In this document: in pieces, positions 1 to 12,707 of the stretch
Numbering within the stretch: position 1 is the first letter of the stretch
Layout: each line of letters opens with the position of its first letter
Assembly: GCA_030141605.1 (NCBI GenBank)
Contig: JAQGDQ010000091.1
Span: 434,001 to 498,000, forward strand
Reading direction: 5' to 3'
DNA length: 64,000 bases
Source of the DNA: Tubiluchus corallicola
Taxonomy: Eukaryota; Animalia; Priapulida
Notes under the pieces: model-generated
Databases searched by the model: none
What the model saw: the letters and a program-made list of their open reading frames with translations, nothing else
What the model was told of the DNA's origin: nothing
Made by a program: the position numbers and the translations under genes

Positions 1-546
1 TTTTTGCCTTTTTGTTGACATTGATTTACGTCTTTTTGTTGTAACCTTTAACTATAAACAAAATAGAGGAAGCTTTGCCTGGCACGTGGATATGTGAGCA
101 CCTGTACTTTTCTCATCAAATATACCTGGAAAATATTTTATTGGTTATACATGTGGTGTCAAACCGAATGAGCAAAAACCTGTGCATGTATTTTTGAACT
201 ATACAGGTACAGCCAAATTGTTTACATCTGCTAATAACAATAATTGACGTTGCTTTACTAATTTACGTAAACGGCGAGATACAAGATTTTTTTCAGTTAA
301 TTCCGTGCAATTGTGAAAAACCATTTTAAGAAAAATTTTAAGTAAACAAAAACAGCGTGAAAACGTTATAAAAGCTGCCAGAGTAAAGCAATCGCCATGT
401 ATTTTTATATTCAAAACCAATTCGAAAAGCAGGTGTTTCGAAGTACGTTACGGGTTTTTAGTTGAATGTAACAAACAATATGTAAATTCTTCAAAAAGGA
501 AAAGTTTTAAGACTAAAGTGTGCCATTATTTTTGAAGCGACTACGG

Positions 547-547
547 C

Positions 548-579
<32 letters not shown>
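547..579. repeat. (CAA)11 microsatellite
   Basis: Directly visible. Confidence 0.95.
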
Positions 580-696
580 CTGGTTGACTGCGCACTGCAG
601 AGCGGCAAAAACATATTACACAAGCGAGAAGAACTTCGAAGGAGACCTCTTTATAGGTTAATTCGTAGCCGAGTAACCAAATTGTCTTCTTTTCAG

Positions 697-986
697 ATTG
701 TCGTCGCGACGGTCACTGTCACCTTATTTTAGAGCCACAGATCATTATTATCAGGACACCAGGTACAGCACAAATGAACGCATGACGCGAAAACACATAA
801 ACGAAAAGCTTTGTGATTCCTTCAAAATTGGACCGAAACAAAGAAAAATGTGTAGAAGAATTACGGGTATGGCGCAAACATTGATGACTTCTGTGAAAGA
901 GAGCACGCACAATTGCCAACGCAGTTTCAAATACGAGAGGTGGAACTGTTCAACTGGGAAATTTCGAACTAATATTTTAAAAAGAG
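697..986 (+). CDS. Wnt9: Wnt9 coding exon (second exon)
   Basis: Acceptor tttcag (691-696), donor gtgaac at 987. Encodes LSSRRSL...KLCDSFKIGPKQRKMCRR...CQRSFKYERWNCSTGKFRTNILKR-G. A same-phase alternative acceptor (ttttag ending 732) also exists. Confidence 0.88.
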
Positions 987-1424
987 GTGAACATTAGCGC
1001 GGCAATAGACATAAGCACGCTATGAATATTATTTATTTATATAATTAATAACTGTCATAACAACATGACTACTTGATTTTATCTTGACTTTCATGAACTA
1101 TCATGCGTAAAGTTACTTCAATACTTTATTCCCAAGCTGAGTCCCAAGTTGTCACCTTGGTAGTTAAAAGTCAAGGTCATTTTTCAAAGATTAATACGGC
1201 GAAATTAATGATAAGCTTCTGGGCTCTTACTTACATATTATAGGCTACAAATTATTATAGCTCTTATAGGCGTCAGTAGGCACTCATAAGGAGTTATTTT
1301 CTGAAATAATCGAGACTTACAATAACAAGTAGCTACAAGGAGCTAAGACAGAGTTAACTGCACAGATGATTGGTGCCAATTAAAAATAAATCAGTGTGAA
1401 ATTGAATATGGACATCTCGTTTCT

Positions 1425-1431
1425 TCTCTCT

Positions 1432-1490
<59 letters not shown>
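1425..1490. repeat. (CT)n microsatellite
   Basis: Directly visible, in a Wnt9 intron. Confidence 0.95.
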
Positions 1491-1494
<4 letters not shown>

Positions 1495-2426
1495 GCTCTC
1501 CATTTGTCAGCGACGGGTAACGTATACAAGAGGTGAGTATACTAGCCCTGTTTTATAGCCGCAGCTTGTCAAATTTGCGGAACTGTCTTAGTAATAGCTC
1601 ACTTTTTCGACATGCATGTTACTAGTTACCATGTTGACATCAGCGGGAGACGGGGGAGTACGGCATTTAGAAACGGATCCATAAATTCTTCTTTTTGTTT
1701 ATTTTATGACGTTAACTACATCATTTAGAAAGAGTTCGGAAACAAACAACGCAGGCTTCTCAACATTCGAGCACAAGCAAAGGCTAAGTATGAATGAAGC
1801 TTTTTCACGAGCTAGATACTAAAGTTGTCAATATTTAGAATAAAAGTTATTACATTGGTTATTTATTGCTTTCGCATGAACTCTCATCATGAAGGCAGTA
1901 GCCTTATACTGGCTTCGAGACGCCGCGACGGTGTTCACAAAGTGTCTCTGTGGTGGTGTGAATAGGCCTAATCACAATTATCACTTCCTTCCATACCTTC
2001 ACTTCACTATCCATACGCTCTTCCTTTACACTGAGTTCTAATTAGAATAACAGAAGGGTGTGAGAAAAACCTGTAATAGTTTTTGTCGAGTCTTTGATGT
2101 ATACCGTCCAACAATTTAATATTAATTAAACTGGCAATGCAATTGAAAAGTTAATAAGAATCAAGAGCCTATTGTTTGCTTTTGATATAGTCTAACATTT
2201 CACATTCTTTGAAAATATTTCCGAGCTTTGTGCATACAACTGTAAAATAAGGTATTTTCTAAATAAAAGAACTCTCTCCCCACCCCCTCACTTTCTACGT
2301 ATTGCTATTAAAAGGACTGAAAAAAAGTCATTATGTTCAAAGGACTTCCTTCTGTCGTAGCATTGTAAACGTATTAGCCTTGTCTTTTTTATTTGACAAC
2401 AAGTTACATCATTCTAATAATTGCAG

Positions 2427-2563
2427 GTTTCAAAGAAACGAGTTTTTTATATGCTTTACAAGCAGCCGCGCTCACACATTTCATTAGCAAAGCCTGCAGT
2501 ACTGGAACAATTACTCGATGCTCTTGCGCCAAATCTGGAAAACCGGAGGAAGTCTTACATCAG
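2427..2563 (+). CDS. Wnt9: Wnt9 coding exon
   Basis: Acceptor ttgcag (2421-2426), donor gtatga at 2564. Encodes (G)[45 protein letters not shown]. This frame is absent from the ORF track. Confidence 0.9.
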
Positions 2564-2812
2564 GTATGAAGCAATGATAATTTCTTTATCGTGCGTGCTG
2601 CAGATCACTCCATGGCTGGCTACCTCCCTGAAAGTCTGGCTCAGCGAATGCTGACATGTATTGACTGACCGACTGACTGGCCAATTAGGTACCCAGCGTA
2701 CGTGTTTCAGGTAAACAAATCAGTTAACCGATAAATTAATTGTCCTGATCACTGAATGCTTTATATAATATTTCAAAAAGCAACATCTAATAAGCTCATG
2801 ACTGGTTTTTAG

Positions 2813-2959
2813 GTCAAATATGGTAGTTGTGGGGACAAGATTAACTATGGAAAGAAATTCACGAGGTCCTTCTTGAAAGCCAGTTTGCCAGAAGCACATC
2901 GAACGCACAAATCAAGAAAAACAAAGATAGAACTGCACAATGCCTTCATTGGTATAAGG
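2813..2959 (+). CDS. Wnt9: Wnt9 coding exon
   Basis: Acceptor tttttag ending 2812, donor gtaaat at 2960; 49 codons, phase 0/0. Encodes VKYGSCGDKINYGKKFTRSFLKASLPEAHRTHKSRKTKIELHNAFIGIR, the homolog of WGGCxDN...LHNxxxGR. Confidence 0.85.
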
Positions 2960-3117
2960 GTAAATAGCTTTTAGTGCCTCTTGTTTACACTGTCTCCGTA
3001 TAAACATAGTGCGCTTGATAGAAAAATAATAATTTGTCATTTTTATGCAGCTCCACATACTGCAAGCTGATGTGTAGCTCTTTACTGATCTGTCACGTCA
3101 TAAAATGAGCTAATGAA

Positions 3118-3159
3118 CTAGCATAAGTGTTAGTCCACACTAGCATAAGTGTTAGTCCA
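3118..3159. repeat. Tandem duplication of CTAGCATAAGTGTTAGTCCA
   Basis: Two adjacent copies. Confidence 0.85.
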
Positions 3160-4164
3160 GTTTGAAAGCACATACATCCCTCTCATCGAGATCAATAGGT
3201 GAAGACAATAGGTCTAGCTATGTAGCTGAAACAGCTTAGAAGTAGTTTTTGTGGTGATGGCGCATCCATTTACTAATGAGATCTGGCGTTGCTTAACTTC
3301 ATAGCCCGGCAAAACCAAATTTGCCCTAAGAAATTCCAGGAAATGTTCACTGTAGTATAGTATTTCGCTTTAATTATAGCTACGAGTTTTTAGTTATGAC
3401 AACCCATGATAATGCGGCGTTTTAGCACTTTCAAGTATATATCAATTGTTACCGAACACGCAAAACAAACTCGCAAAATAATCCGAATAATAAGTAACAG
3501 AACCATAACGAACATAATAATAAAGATGGAATTTATTCGGAGGCCTTCCAGGATCCTCAGAAAATCTATTGTCAATCAAAAGTGAGCATCTGTATATAAC
3601 TCAGAAAGGATGTAATAGTATAGCCAAAAGTACCAAAAATGTTCCACAATGACGCTAATCTGCATTTGTGTGTCCAAATAATCTTGTGACCAGATGACCT
3701 ATGTGCCCCAGTGCCTGTAGCAGAGTTGCAACTGACGTCATAGTTTGTTTATTCCGCCATTTTGGACGGTCTAGATAACTCGATCCGAAACATCACTCCA
3801 ACAAATTCCCGCATATTCGTTATATCGCTTTTTCTGTTAAATTTATATATCAATTGGTTTCAAAAGCTCCACTAAAGTTTTCCATTTTAATGCGAATATT
3901 TTCGTTTTAGTTGATGAATCTGTTAGAGACAAATTCATTGAAACGGATTTAAAATCGACTATAAGTTTAAGCAACTGAACGGCTTAGCGCTTTTCAAAAG
4001 CAACAGACTGATTAAATTCTACTTGTTCATGTAAAATGATTAGTTTGATTACATGACAATGTGTATTTTAAACATGCTCGTTTAATTGGACTTTTCAGTG
4101 TGAATAAAATAGAAATTATGTACAATGGAATTGTTTACTTACGAATTTTGTTTGTTTATCGTAG

Positions 4165-4599
4165 ACTGTGCAAAACAACATGATAAAGCAATGTCAGTGC
4201 CACGGAATCAGCGGTAGTTGTGAAGTGAAAACTTGCTGGATGCGTTTGTCAAACTTCCGGGACACAGCTACCGATTTGAAAGAGAAATACGAAAAGGCCA
4301 CGTTTTTGTCGCCTACGAACAAAGCCAATCTGCCAAAATTTGACAGGAAAAAGTGTAAGAGAGAGCTGGTTTATTACGAATCTTCGCCAACGTTTTGCAA
4401 AAAAACAAAATATAGCGGCGGAACTAGAGAGCGCCAGTGTCTACAGAAAGACCGAGACTGCAAGAGCTTGTGCTGTGGAAGAGGTTACAACACTAAGACA
4501 GAAAAATTTGTTAATAAATGTAAGTGTAGGGTTCTACCTACTTACAATGTGGTGTGTGAAGAGTGCAGTCATCTACTTGACATTCACATTTGCAAATAG
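4165..4599 (+). CDS. Wnt9: Wnt9 last coding exon
   Basis: Acceptor cgtag ending 4164. Encodes TVQNNMIKQCQCHGISGSCEVKTCW...SPTFC...CCGRGY...HICK then TAG. Confidence 0.92.
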   Translation, partial: TVQNNMIKQCQCHGISGSCEVKTCWMRLSNFRDTATDLKEKYEKATFLSPTNKANLPKFDRKKCKRELVYYESSPTFCKKTKYSGGTRERQCLQKDRDCKSLCCGRGYNTKTEKFVNKCKCRVLPTYNVVCEECSHLLDIHICK

Positions 4600-5367
4600 C
4601 TGGATAGGATAGTTCTGCTTAGATCATTTCAGCATTTCAGTGTCAACTGCTTGTAAGTGGCACAGGGTTAGAGGCATTAAGAATGTCAATATAATTTATT
4701 TGTGCTAGTTCATTAAGTTGGTGCAATAATAGTGTAGTTGCAGGCGTAATGATGAGCGTGTCTGCAAAAAGTATTCTGTGTAATCGAAATGACTGCCGGT
4801 GATATTTTAAATCACAGTCTTGAAAAGGTTGAGCCCATATGACGCTACTGTAAGCAATAGAACGATTGCGCCTCGAGGCAACTATACCAACTGAAGCCAT
4901 GAACGTTGGCAGGCCTTCGCATGATCTGAGTTGATATGAGCCCAGTGACCACATTCATATAACAAAGAAGGCAAATCACGAAGAGTGCTCTAAATAAGAT
5001 GAAACTATTCTGTACCCGATCTACAACAGCGGAAACTGGTCACTTGGTCTGGTGTTTGGTCCGATATCATCCGGGGTCCCCTTCGTTTTTGCAGCGAGTG
5101 TGAATAATTCATTGGTTTCTCTGCTATAGTTTTTAACATAAATATGTACAATAACAGTGGAGCATAAGTGAAAATTTTGTTGATCTTTGTTTATTTGAAG
5201 ACGAAAGTCTCAGTTCTGCAAGTCGAAATTTGTTGAACTGAATATTTAATTAATTACGTTTTTAACAATAACGATATAAAAACTGTAAGAGGAATAATAT
5301 TGTATTAGTTGCACTAGGATAATGAAAACGTAATATAACAGTATAATGAAAATAAGTATAAATTTGT

Positions 5368-5377
5368 AATAAAATAA

Positions 5378-5378
<1 letters not shown>
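5368..5378 (+). promoter_or_regulatory. Candidate Wnt9 polyadenylation signals
   Basis: Two overlapping AATAAA about 770 nt after the Wnt9 stop codon. The AT-rich background makes this weak. Confidence 0.3.
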
Positions 5379-5382
<4 letters not shown>

Positions 5383-5455
<73 letters not shown>

Positions 5456-5463
5456 TTAATAAT
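5383..5463. repeat. (AAT)n microsatellite
   Basis: Directly visible. Confidence 0.95.
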
Positions 5464-7993
5464 ATTCATTGTGAGAAAATGTTTAGTTATAACAAGATAC
5501 AGTGAATTGTATCCTTGTCTTGCATAAAACCAGAATAATAATTATTGAGTATATCAATGTATATTTGCATATTGTGACAATATTGAGAAAATTTGAGAAA
5601 ATTTATTGTGGTCTTTATCAGATAAGAACAATGGATTTTAAGTCATTTACAAACATTCTTAAACGCCAGTAAAGTGCTTTATTTGCTTACGTAAAATCCC
5701 AGGTTTAAGCAGCGACAAGCACTATTAAGTACCGAAAAACGTAGCCAGAAATTGTTTTTATTTTCTACTAAAAAGTACATAGCATAAAAATCAAAGAAAA
5801 TCATTTATGTGACTCATTTTGAGGAATTATACTCAGATCGCCCGCTCGTTTGCGACCTTTCAAAGTCATGATCAATCATCAGCCTCCAAATGAAGAAACC
5901 TGGGGCACAGAAGAGACATGTGCTCCCCCTTTACCGTGTGCAAAATACAGTTGCACGTTGCTACACCTTTCAAAATCAAAGCGCTCCACTTATCAAATTT
6001 CGTGGAATTTTCACTGCATGTGGTAGAGCAAAGGCTAAAGCTCATATAATTACAGGAATCTTTAGCCTTACCATATTGGTCCTCATATCTATATGTTAAA
6101 GCACGTCGTTAAAAGGCAGCTGGCAATAGAGTTTTGTCTCAAAATTGACGAAACGACATGCAATATAGCCTTTGCTGATACAAATGTATATTTTCTCGTA
6201 ATGGATTCTCAATGCAAAAAGCTATAGAAAAGCTCCTTCCTTATCTTCTTAAGTTTTAGTAAATGCTCCTTATTGCAGACCTATTATTAGCATCTATGAT
6301 CTATCAGATGATTCAGATCTATCAATTTACCTGATTCTTTCCTGAATTTTGCAAAATCAATGCAGCAATGTGTGATTGATGTATAACAGATTGATGTAAT
6401 GAAAAGCATGTTGAATGTGGAGCCACAAATTACGGAAATGTCTTTGTTTGTTTTGCTGGATGAATTAATTGTTTCAGGTTTGAAAGTTTTTGTATAGAAG
6501 TAATCGTCTAAACCTAGTTATCCGTCGTGTTCAGTGTCATCATACAGTCCACAGAAATTTTAAAATTGTCAAATAAAGGGATACAGAATCTAAGTATGGA
6601 AATGTGCTTCTGTACACTTCCCATGCTGCGCCATGAAAATATCCTAAAAGTAAGTCTTGACTGTTTTGCATTTAAGACGGCAAAGATGTCTCAAAATTAT
6701 TTTCGACAGTTTATAATAGATGGCGCCACCATGCACTTACACGGTAGACCAAATTAACTGAAAGTAGCAACAAAATTAATTTACGGGCTTAATGAGTTAA
6801 TGATAAGGATTATGCTAATGGCCAAACAATACCTACAGATTTTTGAGAACTCAGAATAAACACAGAATTAAACTTTGGTCTTTAAGAAGAAATATCATGC
6901 AAAACAAGCGCTAATTTTCTTCTTAGTTAATCGCCAAAGTGCAGAGTAAAACTTTATTGGAACAAACAATCGAATTTTTAGGCAGTATTTATGTGGATAG
7001 CTGTATATTGTATTTTGTCTATGTATTGGGCTGCTACTATGCACGACGTCCTATAGCCATGTTGGTAAATCTTATAATAAGTTACTGGGATTTACGTTTC
7101 ATTCTAGTCTTGTGGTGCCATCTTGTAGAGCTTTCATTTTGTAGTACCCTAAGCTTTTCTGGGTGTGACTGAAATTTTCCACTTTTTGCTCGGGCTGTTC
7201 GCAATTAAAAAGTGACAAAAGTGTTAGTTTGGGTCAGTCCAAGTCAGATATACATTACTTAAAATACCAAATGGTACATTTAAAATTTTAAGTTCGAATT
7301 AAATTTTACTAGCTATCTCTCTATTTTCTTGGCTATTGTTTTTATTGAAGCTAAAGCACCTCACATTACTTTATATTTTAACGAACCATTCTGCTTCTAA
7401 ATTATTTTCTAAAATTTCTAAGAAAAGTTTTTTTAAGAAGAGTGAATTGTTTACGTTTAATAATATTACTTGTTCTAAAGTAATTCTCAACATTGTAGTT
7501 ATTTACAAGGGAACCCATATTTTGTTGCTCAATTTGCTGTTTGTCCGTTCATAAGAAATTTTCATCATAATTTCCAAAAGTACCTTTAACTAATCATGAC
7601 TATGAATCAGAATTTGAGGAAGATATCTGAATGTCTTGAAATATTTGGCTAATAGAAGATATTTTAAGCTACATACTATATTTTCGAATCTTCAAAAAAT
7701 TGTGGGGAAATAAAGTTTTCAAAAATAAAGAAATATGTTAGGATACTGTGAAACGCATCTCCAATAGTTTTTGACTGAGCTGTACCGCTCATTAGTTATC
7801 CATACTGCAGATAATCTATTTTACAATCAGAAACAGATAGACATAAATAATTAAATATTTATTGCATTTTTTCACTTATATATATAGATCAACACATGCC
7901 TAATCCTACAAGATTCTTCGAACTGTTATACCGTATTAACTGTACAAAAGCAACCTTCGGAATCTCTCGTTATTTTTCTATCTAAAAACTTGT

Positions 7994-8123
<130 letters not shown>

Positions 8124-11100
8124 GTTAAGGCAAACGATTAAAATACTAAACCAAGGATCAGCAGCAGCAGTCAAACAAACAAACAAACAAATGCGTATAT
8201 AGCAATATGTAAATCTTTCTTGAGAACATCATAGTTATTAGGTTTATTTCGTCTTGTCGTTGCGGGATGTGAATCGTGTAATTGCTTTTTCACATCACAC
8301 ACTAGCCGGAAGTATGCACCTGTGAAGAACTTCAGTTTATACAACTTAAAGGCCTTCTGATAAAACATAATAATTGACAATTAATCGCTCGACAAAAGTA
8401 TTGACACCTGGCTGTCCTCAAGCTTTTACTAAAATGATTTTATACTATCCCATAAAAATAACAGCTGGCAAAAGCAGGATTTAGCGGTTGCACATAGCTT
8501 CCGTGTCTTACCTGTGATTACCTGTAATTGCAGGTAGCCTAAAAAGAAACAAGATGCCTGCCATAAATAAAACCGAACAAGGGGGAATAATTGGTGATGC
8601 CGCCTATTGAAATGACTGTTAATAAAACTGTAGTTCGTGCAATAAAGTGGGCTGTAAAAACTAAAAAGTGTTGAATGAGTGTTTGTCCAGGTAGCATACT
8701 TGTTTATAATTATTTCAACAGGTGCACATGGGTGTGCGCGGCATTACAGTGAGGGATGTAGAAATTGTAAAGATTTGCATCTTCTGTTATAAAATTAACG
8801 ATTTTGTTATCTGCTTGCGAATTAAGAGAGAGAAAGTTTTTATTTCGATCCACACGCACAGTCACACTTACGGTTAAAGAATTTTTTTCATTTTTAATCC
8901 ATGTATAGCAAGTGTTACTTGAAATTAATTGTCCTTTATTACTTTGTAATTTATTGAAAATGAGAGAGACTGATTGTTTCTCACCTCGCCATTGAGCTGC
9001 TAATAAACCAACTGCACATGTCATATACCCATTCGCCATTCATTTACCCAATCGAACACCTAGGTTACTACGTATGTTGCAGACGAAGAGAAAGTTCATG
9101 GGAAACTTTTCAGTTCCTTAAGCATTTCGCAATTGAATTCATTCCAGAACAGTTTGTTTACCAATTTACTGCAGTAAGCGGACGTTTCTCGTTATAATTA
9201 CATGCGAAAATATTAGTTTAATCAATGCTTAGGCAAGCCAATCGTATAATTAAGGTGGGCTAGGGTGTGTGCTTTTGCAAGTGCAGAGTCGGAGCTGTTG
9301 GCAACAAGCATAGTTTTGACATAAATAACTCAAAATTAGCTGTCAGACTAAATGATCGATTGAGTTCGCCTGCCTCTGGTGTTGATTTGCAATTACAAAG
9401 TATCCAAAATGGCGAATGATTGCTCCGCCCACTTACAAGCAGAATGGTTATAAAAATGTGTTGAATTTCTTCATGTATTGGTAATAACTATGTCGCCGAG
9501 AGGATTATATAGCTTTGGATAGAAAATAATACTTTAATTCGGCCAAGATTTGCAATGACACGAAATTTTAGTAATAGGTGAAATAGAAATATTCAAATTA
9601 ATGTTTCGCGGAAAATATGCGTAAATATACACAAATGAGAAGCATTAATTTCAATAAAAATGGAAATAATAAAATATACCGTATAGTTGGTGTAACGTAC
9701 CTATATAAGAGAAATTGGGATCAAGGAATTAATTAAAAAATATCAACTAATTGTAACTATAAATTCAATGTCTTAGTACATGCACGCAGGTATAAAAAAC
9801 CTCATTTCTTGCTCGTTACTTGGAAATTATATAATTTAAATTATATAATTTATTATATTTAAATTCCAGAAAAACAAGAAGGTAACAAAATTAATATGCC
9901 TTTTCAGGAAATTAATACCGGTACAAAATGCATGTGCTTATAAAATGTATCATCAACTTTAAAGAAGTAGGCTTACGTAATACGATTTAAAATGCTTTTC
10001 AATTGACTTTTCACAATTATTTGTATTACATTTTGACCGACTACAGCGATAGCTAAGTTACAAATGAGTAAATATAGGCCTATACGTTGTGGATTACAGA
10101 AGCGTTAAATTAATAAGCTGTAATTTAATTATAGTTATAGTTATAGTTAATGATTTTTACGGTCTTTACCACTTACGATAAATATACTACATAATGATAT
10201 TCTTCCTATTAATAAACTTCGATTTATCTTTTAACGTATATGCAGATCCGAGATATTCCTATATCTTTTCATTACAGATTTTACTGATTACAGTATAATT
10301 TAGGTCTAAATTTTCAACTGAAACAAAAAGAAACACTTACTCCATGACCGAGGTTACACGAGTTTTTATATATAGTTGTATGCATGTTCAAGATTAGCTA
10401 CAGCAATATGTCTCTATTTTAAAACTAAATAATTACTTAAATAAATACTAAACCTGCTTTTACATTGCCTCAATAACTGACCAAAGTTTAACAAAAATTA
10501 ATTTTAGTTTAAAAAAGTAAATATGAATCTAATGGCTGATGATGCGCGCTTTTAAATTTGAGAGCGTGGCAAAATTGTGGCAGAAGATGTAGCCTCATTT
10601 GTGACAAACTCATAAATACTTTACTCACTGATAAAACTAATCAGAAAATTGACAGCTAAGGAATCCTAACCAGACCAGAATTTGTGTACACCTATCGGAA
10701 TTTACAACCCTACTTCTCAGGTTCAAATATTACGTCTTACAACTAAAAATGCTTTTATATACACTTACTTATGCAGATTTTTTAATTATTAAGAAATGTA
10801 AAGCTATAAATACGTAAGTCTTCCCAAGAATTCACCGCAGCGCTCTATGCTATTAGATTTTGTAATCGTAATGCAGTTACAAATTAATTCTGGATACCGA
10901 GCGCAAAATCCACAAGAGAAGAAACACAAAAAACACAAAATGTAACCAATGACTCATTAAATCCCCAAGCCATAGAAAAATGCAAGGGAAGAGTGCCACA
11001 GAATTTACAAAAGAAAACAACAACAAAAACACATGGATGTAAAAGTGCGAAAAGCCCATTGCTTGCACTAGACGTACAATATTATTGTAAGATATGGAAA

Positions 11101-12606
11101 AATGAAAGTTTTTGTATGTTTTGCATTTTTTATGACAAAAATACCCACAAAATCGTTTTCCTTATTTCGTTTTATGAAATAGTTTAAAAAGTACAAACAG
11201 ACTTGTGCTACGTAACTTTGCTTCAATCGTCTTCGTCAAATGATCGTATTCTTATTTATGCTTGATGGTATTTTTTATGTCATTTTTATTATTGATTTAC
11301 AAAGTGTTTCCAGTGCAGGCATATATTATAGAACTTGCAAAATTTTTTTTAATTTCTCATTTCACAATTGTCCAAACTTATTTAAATTCTGTTTAAGTTC
11401 TCATCAGACACGTGTGCAATTATAAATAAGTCGTAAATGTTTCCAAAAGTTTTAGTAATTTAAGATTAGCGTGAATTTATGATGAACGCACGGGAGAACT
11501 GCAGCCAGTGGGCTGGATTTTCCCATGGAACGATTTCTCTGGGTAATTCGCTAGTTTATGGAGTTATAGCTAAGCTAATTATTCTGCAATTTTTCCCAGG
11601 ATTAAGACCGTCGCCTTCACTCTCTTGCGTAAACTGACTAATTATCCTATTAATTGTCTCGCTGCCTTTTAAGATTGGCGGTATCAATTCAGCTCTATTG
11701 CCCCTTTATGTAAGATGGCAATAAAATTATATTGAGCAGGAATAATAAAAACAAAACAAGTTTATTCATAGCTATTGTTGTCTTATTGTCGGCTGCGCAT
11801 GGTCAGCAGGCGGGAGCGGATGCAAAGGCGGCTGAAATGAACAGGAATGCGCATGCGCCGATTGAAATTAACAATCAGGTATTTTTGTACTTAAAAATAC
11901 CGACGTGTTAATCAGAAAATAAATTGACTGCCAATACGCAGAGCTCAAGTTTTGCTCAAAATGTTTCTCTTTTCTGTGCTTTTGTATAGTACTTACAGTC
12001 CCACCTCGTCTGTTCTCGGGGCGGTGAAGAGAAATCGGTTAAGGGCTGATGATTTGACTCACTACACGGCCTGCAAGTTTTAATTCTCGCAAATACATTT
12101 CGCGGGTAGTTGTCAATTAACAGTCACATAGCTAATAGTTTTAGGGTGGATATTACCTGCCCTGTCTGGACGCACGTTTTATTGCCTATTCCTCCTTCAA
12201 GGTGGTCGTCGTGCATTTATACCTGAACATTGTCAGGCAGTTACTTGCTTGGTTTGTAGGCCATTTGTTTTATGGTAGTGATGTAATGAACGGCGAACGT
12301 TCTATGAAAGAACCTGATGACATGCGTACAAACCCACATCAGCATAATGCAAAGAAGCGACCGTGTGTGTATTAAGAAGTTATAGCATTCTGCTAATCAT
12401 TATTGCTACTACGTAAAACTGGGTATCATAAATAAATTTAGAAGCAGTTCCGAGTTGAGTGACGTAGCCAGGATGCAGTGTGTGTGATTGACACGCAGTA
12501 GTTTATTATAGAGTTATACTCGGGGGCTTCACGCACTTGTCCAGACTTGATAAACTCAGGTACCGAGCACTGGTTCTTGTAAACATTGCACTAAAGTACA
12601 GAAACA

Positions 12607-12707
12607 ATGTGGAACTGTGAAGTTGAAACGTTTATAATTTTATTCATGATTGCAGCTGTGCCGCAGATTGAAGTGATGGGAAAAAGACATAGAGGATCTA
12701 AATGGTG
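12607..12707 (+). CDS. Wnt1: Wnt1 exon 1 (signal peptide)
   Basis: ATG at 12607. Encodes MWNCEVETFIILFMIAAVPQIEVMGKRHRGSKW-W, with a hydrophobic core. Phase-2 donor gtgagt at 12708 matches the phase of the next exon. Confidence 0.88.

Larger units (their letters stand above)
697..4599 (+). other. Wnt9: Wnt9 gene span (5'-partial; signal-peptide exon not found in window); CDS join(697..986,2427..2563,2813..2959,4165..4599)
   Basis: Four exons splice in frame with GT-AG ends. Wnt9-subfamily-like motifs: [67 protein letters not shown], and the short C-x5-C-x3-CCGRG segment. The position next to Wnt1 fits the Wnt9-1-6-10 cluster. Confidence 0.85.

Noticed and set aside
520-732. Poly-Q ORF as Wnt9 exon 1 or a separate gene
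   Set aside because: It arises from a (CAA)n microsatellite, has a non-ATG start and no signal peptide.
697-4599. Wnt9 as a pseudogene
   Set aside because: No stops or frameshifts across four exons, canonical splice sites, and 22 canonical cysteines retained. Not excluded without expression data.
9824-9851. 28-bp perfect palindrome
   Set aside because: Pure A/T low-complexity duplication of a self-complementary 14-mer.
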